Program-made: the position numbers and the translations under genes
The notes under the pieces: model-generated
Told to the model about the DNA's origin: nothing
Seen by the model: the letters and a program-made list of their open reading frames with translations, nothing else
The model's database searches: none
Origin: Burkholderiales bacterium
Lineage (GTDB): Bacteria; Pseudomonadota; Gammaproteobacteria; Burkholderiales; Ga0077523
DNA length: 64,000 nt
Assembly (NCBI GenBank): GCA_038324085.1
Contig: JBBQHP010000009.1
Coordinates: 31,376-95,375, forward strand
Direction: 5' to 3'
In this document: positions 53,290 through 64,000 of the stretch, piece by piece
How positions within the stretch are numbered: position 1 is the first letter of the stretch
How the letters are laid out: the number at the start of each line of letters is the position of its first letter

Positions 53290-54561
53290 TCAGAGATCCC
53301 TTCCGTTGGCGAGCAGACCGATCAGGTCATCGATGCCGACCCTGGCCTGCTCCTTCGATTCACGTAATGCCTTGACGCTCGCCTGCCCGGCCGTGGCTTC
53401 ATCCTCGCCTACGATCACGGCATAGCGCGCGCCGCTCGAATCCGCGCGCCTCAACTGCGACTTGAAGCTGCCGCCTCCGCAATGCATCACCACTTTCAAG
53501 CGGGCGTCGCGCAGCCGTTCGGCCACCTGCCAGGCATGCAGTTCGGCGGCGCCACCGGTCCACGCCAGATATACGTCAGGCACGGCCTTCGGCGTTTCGG
53601 CGCTGCGCTCGGCGACCAGCGCGATCAAGCGCTCGACCCCCATCGCAAAACCCGACGCCGGCGCCGGTTTACCGCCAATCTGTTCGATCAATCCGTCGTA
53701 GCGGCCACCGGCGCATACCGTCCCTTGCGCGCCGAGGCTGGTCGTGCCCCATTCGAACACGGTGCGATTGTAATAGTCGAGTCCGCGAACCAACCGGGGG
53801 TTCATTCGAAACGGCACGCCGGCATTGCGCAGCAGCCGCCCGACATCCTCGAAGTGCTTGCGGGAATCCTCGTCCAGATCGTCCATGAGACGCGGCGCAG
53901 CGTCGATCAGCGCCTGCATCTGCGGATTCTTGCTGTCCAGCACGCGCAAGGGATTGGTGTGGAGCCGCCGCCGGGAATCTTCGTCGAGCGCCGACTCGTG
54001 ATCTTCCAGATGACGCACCAGCCGGGCCCGATGACGTGCCCGCGCCTCGCTCGAACCGAGCGTGTTGATCTCGAGCTCGATGCCGGTCAATCCCAGATCC
54101 TTCCACAGCCGTGCGCCCATGATGATGAGTTCGGCGTCCACGTCCGGGCCGGCGAATCCAAGCGCCTCGACGCCCACCTGATGAAACTGCCGGTAGCGCC
54201 CCTTCTGCGGACGTTCATGGCGAAACATCGGGCCGGCATACCACACTCGCTGACCGCCGCCGTAGAGCAGGTTGTGCTGAATCGCCGCGCGGACGCACGC
54301 GGCGGTCCCCTCGGGTCGCAGGGTCAGGCTGTCGCCGTTCAACTGGTCGGTGAAGGTATACATTTCCTTCTCGACGATGTCGGTGACCTCGCCGATCGAG
54401 CGGACGAACAGTTCGGTGCGCTCCAGGATCGGCGTGCGGATTCGGCGATAGCCGTAGCGCTCGAGCCAGGTTTCGACGGTATTCTCGAAGAAGTCCCACA
54501 AGGACGCCTCGTCGGGCAACACGTCGTTCATGCCGCGAATGGCTTGAATGGGCTCGCTCAT
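53290..54561 (-). CDS. hisS: Histidine--tRNA ligase
   Basis: [43 protein letters not shown]. Confidence 0.98.
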   Translation of the reverse strand: MSEPIQAIRGMNDVLPDEASLWDFFENTVETWLERYGYRRIRTPILERTELFVRSIGEVTDIVEKEMYTFTDQLNGDSLTLRPEGTAACVRAAIQHNLLYGGGQRVWYAGPMFRHERPQKGRYRQFHQVGVEALGFAGPDVDAELIIMGARLWKDLGLTGIELEINTLGSSEARARHRARLVRHLEDHESALDEDSRRRLHTNPLRVLDSKNPQMQALIDAAPRLMDDLDEDSRKHFEDVGRLLRNAGVPFRMNPRLVRGLDYYNRTVFEWGTTSLGAQGTVCAGGRYDGLIEQIGGKPAPASGFAMGVERLIALVAERSAETPKAVPDVYLAWTGGAAELHAWQVAERLRDARLKVVMHCGGGSFKSQLRRADSSGARYAVIVGEDEATAGQASVKALRESKEQARVGIDDLIGLLANGRDL

Positions 54562-54609
54562 GATTGTTCCGGCAGGCGGGGAGCTCCGCGGCGGCTGCGC
54601 CGCCACGGT

Positions 54610-55881
<1,272 letters not shown>

Positions 55882-55965
55882 CTCGGTGCGCGCCGGGTCA
55901 CCCCGGGCGCGCCGGCCGCATTCAACCAGGGCCGCGAATCAGGTGAACATGAGAACGTCTTCATT

Positions 55966-56898
55966 TCACTCGAGCGTCAGCCGCGCCACGTCGGTACGCG
56001 TGTGCGGCACCAGATCGACCTTCTTGCCATTGAACATCAGCGTCACGTTCGATGCATTGCCGATGACGACTGAAAGCGGGGGCTTGCCACGGACCGTTCG
56101 CACGCTGCCTTGCGGATTCAATTGCTCGAACACGACCGTGCTGTCGCGGTCGCGCACCTCGACCCAGGAATCGTGCGAGAAACTGAATTGCAATTCCGCA
56201 GGTCCGCGGCCGATGGGCCGATCCATCGGGGTCACGACCGGGGCGGGTCCGGTCGCCGCTGCTGCTCGCGAATCCGGCGCTGCCGCGGCATTCGCTGGCG
56301 CAGGCTGCGTCGCGTCGAGGGTCGTCGGAGGAGTATCCCCCACCCTCGGCGCCTCTGGCAGCGGCGCAAAATCCGGCGCGGCGGCGGGGACGGCTCTCTC
56401 CGGTGGCGACGACGCGACCGGTGCATCGAGCGGTGGGGAGGACCGCTCGCGCATGGCAAGTACGACCGCGAGAAGAATGACGATCGCGCTCACGATGTAC
56501 AGCGGACCACGTCCGCGTCTGCGTCCGTAGGCACGGGATTCCGGCATTGGAGCTATCCCCGAGCGTCCGGTGTTCTCGGGGACGACGGAGGCGTCTGCTG
56601 CTTCCGCCTTGCGCGGGGCCAGCAGGCCTTCGACCGTGCGCATGAGGGGCTCGGCCTCGATGCCGAGCATGCGCGCATAGTTGCGCGTGAAGCCACGCAC
56701 GAACACCGGCCCCGGCAGCGCCGCGAAGTCGTCGCGCTCCAGGGCTTCGACCTGGCGTGGCGCGAGCTTCAATTGGCGGGCCACGTCGGTCACGCTCAGT
56801 GATTGCCGCTGGCGTTCCGCCCGCAGGATCGTCCCGGGCATGGTGACGGCAGTCGGGGCAGGATCCGTAATGATTTCGGTTTCGACCGTTTCGCTCAC
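55966..56898 (-). CDS. rodZ: Cytoskeleton protein RodZ (HTH + TM + DUF4115)
   Basis: G..LRAER, FVRGFTRNYA, SWVEVRD, VIGNA, VARLTL. Confidence 0.9.
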   Translation of the reverse strand: MSETVETEIITDPAPTAVTMPGTILRAERQRQSLSVTDVARQLKLAPRQVEALERDDFAALPGPVFVRGFTRNYARMLGIEAEPLMRTVEGLLAPRKAEAADASVVPENTGRSGIAPMPESRAYGRRRGRGPLYIVSAIVILLAVVLAMRERSSPPLDAPVASSPPERAVPAAAPDFAPLPEAPRVGDTPPTTLDATQPAPANAAAAPDSRAAAATGPAPVVTPMDRPIGRGPAELQFSFSHDSWVEVRDRDSTVVFEQLNPQGSVRTVRGKPPLSVVIGNASNVTLMFNGKKVDLVPHTRTDVARLTLE

Positions 56899-57686
56899 TC
56901 GAGCTTTCCTTCTTCGAAGGCCCGCGTCTCCGGAGCCATCGGATAGCGGCTGCGCAACTGTGATCCATACGAGGCGGTGGCATTGCGGTCGCCAAGTTGG
57001 TGCGAAAGCCTGGCCCCGAACAGCAGCGAGCCGGCGTCCGGCGAGCCAACGAGCTGCATGTAGCGGGTGAGGTTCGTCTTCGCCTGGGCGAGATCCCCGC
57101 GCGCATAGTTCACTTGCGCGAGATTGATGAGCGCCCGCGCGTCGTCCGGCTTGAGTCTCAGGGCGCGACGGAAGAAATCTTCTGCCGCCACTTCATCCCC
57201 GGCGCGGCGCGAGCAGATGCCCGCATTCACATAGGCCTCCTCGACGCGTCCGTAGAGCGGATTGCGAATCGCGGCCAGGAAGTACTTGACCGATTCCTTC
57301 TCCTGCTTGCGGTCGCACAGAAAATTGCCGAAATTATTGTTCACGTCGGAATCATTGGGGTCGATCCTGAGCGCCTGCTCGAAGCGCTTGCGGGCCTTGT
57401 CGTCCTCCTTCAGCGCCATGTGCACCAAGGCCAGCGTGTTGTATGCGGGGACGTATTTGGGATCGGCCTCGATCGCCTCGTTCAACTCCTGCAGCGCGAC
57501 GCCGAGCTTGCCGATTTCGTAGTAACCGGATCCCAGTTCGGTGTGAATCCGCGCACGCTCGATGGGGCTCGCCGGCGACGGCGCGGCCTGCGGTGCGGGT
57601 TGGGCCGAGGGTTCGTCCCGTTTGGTCTGCCTGGATCCGCAACCGGCCAACAGGACGAGCGCGAGCAGCGCAAGGGCGAGCCTCAT
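56895..57686 (-). CDS. pilW: Type IV pilus biogenesis/stability lipoprotein PilW/PilF
   Basis: Lipobox [30 protein letters not shown] repeats. Confidence 0.9.
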   Translation of the reverse strand: MRLALALLALVLLAGCGSRQTKRDEPSAQPAPQAAPSPASPIERARIHTELGSGYYEIGKLGVALQELNEAIEADPKYVPAYNTLALVHMALKEDDKARKRFEQALRIDPNDSDVNNNFGNFLCDRKQEKESVKYFLAAIRNPLYGRVEEAYVNAGICSRRAGDEVAAEDFFRRALRLKPDDARALINLAQVNYARGDLAQAKTNLTRYMQLVGSPDAGSLLFGARLSHQLGDRNATASYGSQLRSRYPMAPETRAFEEGKLE

Positions 57687-58864
57687 GCCTGCTGCACCTC
57701 GTCTCGTTCACGACGGGTGGCGCGTTGCGTACGATCGAGTACCTGGCCGGCAAGCTGACCGCAGGCGCCATCGATACCGTCTCCGCGTGTCCTGCGCACG
57801 GTCGTCACGAAGCCGGCCGACAGGAGTTCTCCCTGGAATGCGGTAATGGCGTCGGGTCGCGAGCGTTCGAAGCCGGAATCGGGAAAAGGATTGAAAGGGA
57901 TCAGGTTGAACTTGCACGGCAGATCGCCCACCAGATCGATCAGGGCACGCGCATGAGCTTGCGAATCGTTGACGTCGCGCAACATCACATACTCGAAGGT
58001 CACGAAATCGCGTGGTGATCCCGGTCGCTGCCATTTCGCCCCGGCGGTGGCGCGCGCCGGCGGCATGTCAACCCCTGGTTCGTGGCGATCCGGTGCGGCA
58101 CTCGCCCCTTCGACGTAGCGACGGCAAGCGGCGAGCAGGTCGCGCAAAGGCCACTTTCTGTTGATCGGCACGAGCCGGTCGCGCAGCGCGTCATCGGGTG
58201 CGTGCAGCGACACCGCGAGCGAAACCGGACAGGCCTCACGCAGCCGATCCATCCACGGCACCATGCCGGCAGTGGAAAGGGTCACGCGCCGCCGCGACAG
58301 GCCGTAGGCGTCATCGTCGAGCATCACCCGCATCGCCGTCACGACGTTGTCGAAATTCGCGAGCGGCTCGCCCATGCCCATCATGACCACATTGGTGATC
58401 GGTCGCTTGCCGGTCGCGGGGTCCGCGCCCAGCGCACGATTCGCCCACCAGAGTTGCCCGATGATCTCGCCGGCGGTGAGGTTGCGATTGAAGCCCTGGC
58501 GTCCCGTCGAACAGAAGGCGCACTCGAGCGCGCAACCGACCTGACTGGATACGCACAGCGTCCCGCGTGAGGTCTCGGGAATGAACACGGTCTCGATGCC
58601 GGTGCCCGTACCCACCGCTAACAGCCACTTGCGCGTTCCGTCATCGGCGATCGAATCACGCGTGACCTCGGGCGCGACGATGGTCGCTTCGCCGGCAAGA
58701 CTGTGCCGCAACGACTTCGACAGATCCGTCATCCGCTCGATTTCAGACTCGCCCGCGCGATGGATCCATCGCATCAATTGGCGCGCACGGAAGGGCTTCT
58801 CGCCGCGGCTCTGGAGCCAGGCGGCAAGCCCTTCGGTATCGAAATCCAGCAGGTTTACGGCCAT
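57683..58864 (-). CDS. rlmN: Dual-specificity RNA methyltransferase RlmN (with an internal insertion)
   Basis: [38 protein letters not shown]. Confidence 0.97.
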   Translation of the reverse strand: MAVNLLDFDTEGLAAWLQSRGEKPFRARQLMRWIHRAGESEIERMTDLSKSLRHSLAGEATIVAPEVTRDSIADDGTRKWLLAVGTGTGIETVFIPETSRGTLCVSSQVGCALECAFCSTGRQGFNRNLTAGEIIGQLWWANRALGADPATGKRPITNVVMMGMGEPLANFDNVVTAMRVMLDDDAYGLSRRRVTLSTAGMVPWMDRLREACPVSLAVSLHAPDDALRDRLVPINRKWPLRDLLAACRRYVEGASAAPDRHEPGVDMPPARATAGAKWQRPGSPRDFVTFEYVMLRDVNDSQAHARALIDLVGDLPCKFNLIPFNPFPDSGFERSRPDAITAFQGELLSAGFVTTVRRTRGDGIDGACGQLAGQVLDRTQRATRRERDEVQQA

Positions 58865-58874
58865 CAGCGGGGCA

Positions 58875-59300
58875 TCAGCGTGGGAAGATGTCGAGCGCGG
58901 GAAAGAAATAGGCGATCTCGACGGCTGCCGTCTCCGTTCCATCGGAACCGTGCACGGCATTGGCATCGATCGAGTCGGCGAAGTCGGCGCGGATGGTGCC
59001 CTTGTCCGCCTTTTTCGGATCCGTCGCGCCCATCAGTTCGCGGTTTTTCGCGATGGCACCTTCCCCCTGCAGTACCTGGATCATGACCGGACCCGAGATC
59101 ATGAAGTTCACCAGGTCGTTGAAGAACGGTCGCGCGCGATGGACGCCATAGAACCCTTCCGCTTCAGCTTTCGACAACTGCTTCATGCGCGCGGCGATCA
59201 CCTTGAGCCCCGCGTTTTCGAATCGAGTGTAGATCTGTCCGACCACGTTCTTCGCCACGGCATCGGGCTTGATGATGGACAGCGTGCGTTCGACAGCCAT
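58875..59300 (-). CDS. ndk: Nucleoside diphosphate kinase
   Basis: [26 protein letters not shown]. Confidence 0.98.
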   Translation of the reverse strand: MAVERTLSIIKPDAVAKNVVGQIYTRFENAGLKVIAARMKQLSKAEAEGFYGVHRARPFFNDLVNFMISGPVMIQVLQGEGAIAKNRELMGATDPKKADKGTIRADFADSIDANAVHGSDGTETAAVEIAYFFPALDIFPR

Positions 59301-59453
59301 TGCGATCTCCGTTACAAGTTACATTTTTGAGGTAATTCATAAGGATAGCACGGCAATGTTGCCGGGGCCAAGAGCCTTGCTACGAGATTTCACCCGTGCC
59401 CCGCCCGCGGCCGCGGGGTGCTAGCATCCGCCCGATCACCGCTTCCCGCTGCC

Positions 59454-60101
59454 ATGGCCGAACAAACCATTCCCGACGAACAACGCGACCTCAAGCGCCG
59501 TGCCGTGCGCCGGCTGGTGGCGGCGCTGGCCCTGATCGCCGTCGCCATAGTCGGGCTGGCCGTTCTGGACCGGTTGACGCAAGTAAAGAGAGTCGAGACG
59601 CCGCCCCCGCCGCCGACGGCAGCCGCGCCCGCGCCGCTCCCGATCACTCCGGCACCACCCTTGCCCGAGCCGGCGGTTCCCGTGGAGCCCCCGCCGCCGC
59701 CCACGGTCGCCGCCGACGAACCTGCAACCCCGGCCGCGCCCGCGGTGAACGATGCTCCGCTCGTACCGGAGTCGACCAGCGGCCCGGTCGTGGAGAAAGC
59801 GCCGCCTCCCGCGGCGCATAAGCCCGCCGCCCCTCCCGTCCCGGCGGCACCTGCCAGCCCGAAGCCCGTGGAGACGCCGCCCATAGCGGAGCCGCCCGCG
59901 CACGGCTTCGTGGTGCAACTGGGCGTATTCGCCACGCCGGCGAACGCCGAGGCGCTGCAGGAAAAACTCCGGAAAAACGGCATCGAGGCCTACACCGAAA
60001 CCCGGCTTCAGGTCGGCCCTTTCAAAGACAAGGCCGATGCGGAAAGCGTACTTGCGAAGTTGAAGGCGCTCGGCGTGAACGCCGTCCTGATCGCCCACTG
60101 A
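59454..60101 (+). CDS. SPOR domain protein (DedD-like)
   Basis: LKRRAVRRL + TM, Pro-rich linker, FVVQLGVF...VGPF. Confidence 0.88.
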   Translation: MAEQTIPDEQRDLKRRAVRRLVAALALIAVAIVGLAVLDRLTQVKRVETPPPPPTAAAPAPLPITPAPPLPEPAVPVEPPPPPTVAADEPATPAAPAVNDAPLVPESTSGPVVEKAPPPAAHKPAAPPVPAAPASPKPVETPPIAEPPAHGFVVQLGVFATPANAEALQEKLRKNGIEAYTETRLQVGPFKDKADAESVLAKLKALGVNAVLIAH

Positions 60102-60113
60102 CGCCTGTCCGGT

Positions 60114-61406
60114 TCAACGCGCTCCGAGAACGTTGGGCAGCCACAGCGAGACCTGCGGCACGTAGGTCACGACGACGAGATAGATCAGCATCACCCCGAC
60201 CCAGGGCAGGCACGCGATCGACACCTCCGTCATACCCATCTTCGCGAGGTGGCTCGCCACGAACAGGTTCAGTCCCACCGGGGGATGGATCATGCCGATC
60301 TCCATGTTGACGGTCATGATGATGCCCAGATGGATCGGGTCGATACCGAGACTCTGAGCGATCGGCAGGAACAGCGGGGCCAGGATCAGCACGATCGAAC
60401 TAGGCTCCATGAACTGGCCCGCCAGCAGCAGTGCCACGTTCACCGCGACCAGGAACATCCACGGCGAGAGCTGCTGCGCCGTCACCCATGCCGACATCGC
60501 CTGTGGAATCTGCTCGGACGTGAGCAGATAGGAGAACAATACCGCGGTGGTGACGATGTAGAGCAGCATGGCGCTCGTGTTCGCCGCCGAGAGCAGCACG
60601 CGGAACGTATCGCGTATGCGCAGGTCGCGGTAGATGAATACGGCCGCGACGAACGCATACACCGCGCTCACCGCGGCGGCTTCGGTCGGTGTCATCACCC
60701 CGCCGTAGATGCCACCCATCACGATGACGACCAGCAGGAGTCCCCAGAAGGCCTCCCGGAACGCGGTCCACACTTCGGCCCGCGACGCCCGGGGCAGCGT
60801 CGGGAAGCCGCGGCGCTTCGCCGTGACGAAGGTCACGGCCATCAGGACCAATGCGAGCAAGACCCCGGGCACCACGCCGGCGATGAACAACTTGCCGGCG
60901 CTCGTGCTGGTGCTCACCGCATAGATGATCATCACGATCGACGGCGGAATCAGGATTCCCAGCGAACCGGAACTCGTGATCACGCCCACGGCGAAGCGCT
61001 TCGTATAGCCGTGCTTCAGCATCGCCGGCAGCATGATCGAACCGATGGCCGCCACCGTGGCCGGACTCGATCCGGAAATGGTCGCGAAGAACGCGCAGGC
61101 GAGAATGGCCGCCATCGCGAGACCACCGGGCAGCCACCCGACCAGCGAAGTCGCGAACCGGATGATGCGCGCCGCGACGCCACCTTCCGTCAGGAACACG
61201 CCGGCGAGCACGAAGAACGGGATAGCCATCAGCGCGAAACTCTCCAGGCCCGTGAACAGGCGTTGCGACACGATGTCCATCGTATCGATCGAGAAGTCGG
61301 AGAATCCCACCAGGAACACGAGCACCGTGAGGCCGAGCGCGATGGAGATGGGCGTGCCGGTCGCAAGCAGCACGAGCAGGATCGCGATGATGATGAGCGC
61401 GGTCAC
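60114..61406 (-). CDS. dctM: TRAP transporter large permease DctM
   Basis: AIPFFVLAG, ISGSSPATVAAIG, LIPPSI, TPTEAA, PPVGLNLFV. Confidence 0.93.
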   Translation of the reverse strand: MTALIIIAILLVLLATGTPISIALGLTVLVFLVGFSDFSIDTMDIVSQRLFTGLESFALMAIPFFVLAGVFLTEGGVAARIIRFATSLVGWLPGGLAMAAILACAFFATISGSSPATVAAIGSIMLPAMLKHGYTKRFAVGVITSSGSLGILIPPSIVMIIYAVSTSTSAGKLFIAGVVPGVLLALVLMAVTFVTAKRRGFPTLPRASRAEVWTAFREAFWGLLLVVIVMGGIYGGVMTPTEAAAVSAVYAFVAAVFIYRDLRIRDTFRVLLSAANTSAMLLYIVTTAVLFSYLLTSEQIPQAMSAWVTAQQLSPWMFLVAVNVALLLAGQFMEPSSIVLILAPLFLPIAQSLGIDPIHLGIIMTVNMEIGMIHPPVGLNLFVASHLAKMGMTEVSIACLPWVGVMLIYLVVVTYVPQVSLWLPNVLGAR

Positions 61407-61957
61407 GTCGCGGGCTCGTCCGTTGCCACCGCGCTCGCGTTGGAATGGCCCGGCAGATGTCCGTTGCGCAGGTACCCGGCAAGCACCTGCAGGAACCGGT
61501 AGCACATGAGCCCCGAGCCGAACGGGATGCACAGATAGACGACCCAGCGCGGCCATTCGAGATCGGCCGTCACCTGCCCCGACTCGTGCATGAACATGAC
61601 CCAGCGCACCCCGAGCGTGGCGACGATGCCGGTGAACAGCGCGCCGAGCAGCAGCGCCAGTACCACCAGACGCCGCTGCCATCGCGGTGAGGCATGCATG
61701 ACCAGCACGTCCACGCCGATGTGGATGCCGGTGCGCACACCGTAGGCAGCGCCGAACTTCGCCATCCAGATGAACAGGAAGATGCTGAGCTCCTGCGCCC
61801 AGGTGAGATCGATCCGGCCGGTGTAGTCCCAGAGCCAGTCGACTTTCGCACTCATCCGATGCAGGACCGCCACGAAGATGATCAAGGTTGCCATCGCCAT
61901 GAAGCTGGCGATCAGCCATTCCTCGAGATGATCGAGGAAGCGGTTCACCGCCCTCAT
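61403..61957 (-). CDS. dctQ: TRAP transporter small permease DctQ
   Basis: WAQEL, FGAAYGVRTGIHIGVD; four TM segments. Confidence 0.9.
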   Translation of the reverse strand: MRAVNRFLDHLEEWLIASFMAMATLIIFVAVLHRMSAKVDWLWDYTGRIDLTWAQELSIFLFIWMAKFGAAYGVRTGIHIGVDVLVMHASPRWQRRLVVLALLLGALFTGIVATLGVRWVMFMHESGQVTADLEWPRWVVYLCIPFGSGLMCYRFLQVLAGYLRNGHLPGHSNASAVATDEPAT

Positions 61958-61979
61958 TGCGCCGGCGACGCGGACTCCA

Positions 61980-62993
61980 TCACCGCTTGCGATGCTCCTG
62001 CGCTACCTGCGCCGCCACCGCGTAGATGGACTGGATCAGATCGCGTCCGATCATGCTTTCGAACTCTCGATGCACGGGCAGCAGCGCCTGCCTCCACTGT
62101 TCGCGCTCCTTGGCGTTGAGCGCGTAGATCTCGGTGGTCCCCGCCTGCTTGACCTGAGCGAGCGCATCGGCGTTCTCCTTCGCGGCGATCGCGCGTTCGT
62201 ACTGCGTCGCCTCCTTCATCGCGCCTTCGAGCGCCGTGCGGATATCGGGCGGCAGGCCGTCCCAGAACTTGCGGTTCACGATCACCGCGTAGACCAGGTA
62301 GCTGTGATCGGATATGGTCAGGTACTTCTGTACTTCGTGCATCTTCTGCGTGTACAGATTCGAGATCGGGTTCTCGGCGCCGTCCACCACCCCCTGCTGC
62401 ATGGCGGTATAGACCTCGCTGAAAGCCATGACCTGCGGGATGCCGCCCAGCTGCCGTACCGTCGCGGCCAGCACCTTGGACGACTGCACCCGCATCTTCG
62501 CGCCGCGAAAGTCGGCCGGCGTGCGCAACGGCCGATTGGCCGAGAACTGCTTGAAGCCGTTGTCCCAGTAGGCAAGGCCGTGGATCTTCTTCGGCTCGAG
62601 CTTGGCGAAGAGCTTCTGTCCGATCTCGCCGTCGGTCACGCGATTGACGGTTTCCGTATCCGCGAACAGGTACGGCAGATCGAACACCTCGAAATCGCGC
62701 ACGCCGAGCGGGCCGAATTTCGACACCGACGGCGCGAGCATCTGGACCGCGCCACGTTGCAACGCCTCGAGTTCCTCGCCGTCCTTGTACAACTGGCTGT
62801 TGGGATAGATCTCGACCTTGACGCGACCCTTGGTCGCAGCCTCCGCCAATTGCTTGAACTTCTCGGCCGCGTTGCCCTTCGGCGTATCGGTCGCCACCAC
62901 ATGGCTGAACTTGAGCGTGATCACATCGGCGCGCGCAGACGCGAAAGCCGAGCAAGCCACTGCGACCAGGAACAGCTTCAACGCTTCGCGCAT
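61980..62993 (-). CDS. dctP: TRAP C4-dicarboxylate-type binding protein DctP
   Basis: KFSHVVA.DTPKG, YPNSQLYKD, WDNGFK, KMRVQSS, VDGAEN. Confidence 0.93.
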   Translation of the reverse strand: MREALKLFLVAVACSAFASARADVITLKFSHVVATDTPKGNAAEKFKQLAEAATKGRVKVEIYPNSQLYKDGEELEALQRGAVQMLAPSVSKFGPLGVRDFEVFDLPYLFADTETVNRVTDGEIGQKLFAKLEPKKIHGLAYWDNGFKQFSANRPLRTPADFRGAKMRVQSSKVLAATVRQLGGIPQVMAFSEVYTAMQQGVVDGAENPISNLYTQKMHEVQKYLTISDHSYLVYAVIVNRKFWDGLPPDIRTALEGAMKEATQYERAIAAKENADALAQVKQAGTTEIYALNAKEREQWRQALLPVHREFESMIGRDLIQSIYAVAAQVAQEHRKR

Positions 62994-63021
62994 GTTGGAT
63001 GACACGATGATCTCCGGAGCT

Positions 63022-64000
63022 TCATCCGAGTTTAGCATGTGCCCCGCGGGCCTCGGGGCGCTCGAGTTCGAAACGAATCGATGGTTCCGCACGCGCCGCG
63101 ACGAAGTCGGGGTCCACCCCGAGCCCGGGCACCCAGACGACCCGATCGTTCACACAAAGCAGCGGCAATCGGCCGCGCTCCCACGGCGCGACGCCATGTT
63201 CCTGGAACAGCTTCTTCAGTTCGCGGCGCGGGCGATCGGACGCGACGCGGAATCGTTCGCCGCCACGACGATTGCGCACGAGCACACGAGCGCCGCGCAG
63301 CCGCGCGCTGGCGATGCCTTCGCCCACCCCTTCCTGCGCCCGGATGCGGCGACCATCGGGCAGAATCATGCACGCTTCGCCTTGCCAGGCGACGCACCAG
63401 TGCGCCGCCGCGTTCTCGCGCGGCACGATCCGGATACGATCGCGATAGCGTCGCAATACCGATGCACCGAGCACCACTTCCGGCGCGGCATCCGGCGCTG
63501 CGTCCGTGAGTTGCCGCAGCGCCTCCTGCAGACGAACCCGTGGCGGCATCGTCAGGCCGGCGTCGCGCAACCACTTGCGCAAGGCATTCACGGCACGCAT
63601 CGTTCCCAGAGCGGCGAGACCGACGACATCGAGCCCGCCGTCGTCGGCAATGGTCGCGAGATCCTCGATGGCCACGGCATCCATCAGGGCGGCCGCGTCC
63701 GCTGCATTGCGGGCGGCGCGCGCGAGCGCATCCCGATAGCCCGGGTAGTGCGATTCCAGGCGGGGAAGCACCTCCACCCGCAGCAGGTTGCGCGCATGGG
63801 CGACATCGAGATTCGATTCGTCCTCGATCCAGTCCAGCCGGCGTGCCCGCGCGTGGTCTTCGATATCTCGCCGCGGCAAATCGATCAAGGGACGTATCAG
63901 CAGGCCCGCGCCGAGGGGCCGGACGAAGGGCATGCCGGAGAGACCTTCAGCGCCAGCGCCCCTGAGCAACTGCAACAGGACCGTCTCGGCCTGGTCGTCG
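63022..64000 (-). CDS. tilS: tRNA(Ile)-lysidine synthetase (5' end outside the window)
   Basis: DDQAET.L.QLLRGAG, RPL, WIEDESN, RN.LR, RELKKLFQE.GV.PWER. Confidence 0.93.
   Translation of the reverse strand, partial: DDQAETVLLQLLRGAGAEGLSGMPFVRPLGAGLLIRPLIDLPRRDIEDHARARRLDWIEDESNLDVAHARNLLRVEVLPRLESHYPGYRDALARAARNAADAAALMDAVAIEDLATIADDGGLDVVGLAALGTMRAVNALRKWLRDAGLTMPPRVRLQEALRQLTDAAPDAAPEVVLGASVLRRYRDRIRIVPRENAAAHWCVAWQGEACMILPDGRRIRAQEGVGEGIASARLRGARVLVRNRRGGERFRVASDRPRRELKKLFQEHGVAPWERGRLPLLCVNDRVVWVPGLGVDPDFVAARAEPSIRFELERPEARGAHAKLG

Noticed and set aside
59600-59900. Tandem repeat or CRISPR-like array in the C-rich region
   Set aside because: It is the Pro/Ala-rich linker of the SPOR protein, with no regular repeat-spacer structure. 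No CRISPR array or cas gene was seen anywhere in the window.

Overview
High-GC chromosomal window from a betaproteobacterium. The assignment is inferred from gene order (ndk-rlmN-pilW-rodZ-ispG-hisS-yfgM-bamB-der-hfq-hflXKC-hisZ-purA, and a Burkholderia-style split arn cluster followed by bcp-phoH). The right part (37-64 kb) is mostly core housekeeping: dnaB, rpsF-priB-rpsR-rplI, rlmB, rnr, tRNA-Leu(CAG), the purA-to-ndk block, a TRAP transporter and partial tilS. The left part is more accessory. It holds egtB followed by a tightly coupled run containing a second polyprenyl-phosphate sugar-transfer cassette (GT2, UPF0104, ArnT-like GT83, PAP2) and a TPMT-like methyltransferase; a PEP-CTERM protein; a small Zn-ribbon gene behind a candidate sigma54 promoter; an orphan soxCD pair with an exported ankyrin protein; a compact orphan secretin-like gene; an EAL protein; ybbAP/tesA; selU coupled to a full L-Ara4N operon; and an apparently exported SLOG/LOG-fold protein. 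No transposase, integrase, phage gene or CRISPR array was seen. All calls come from motif recognition by eye, with no database search. Many start codons were moved downstream of the ORF-track starts.
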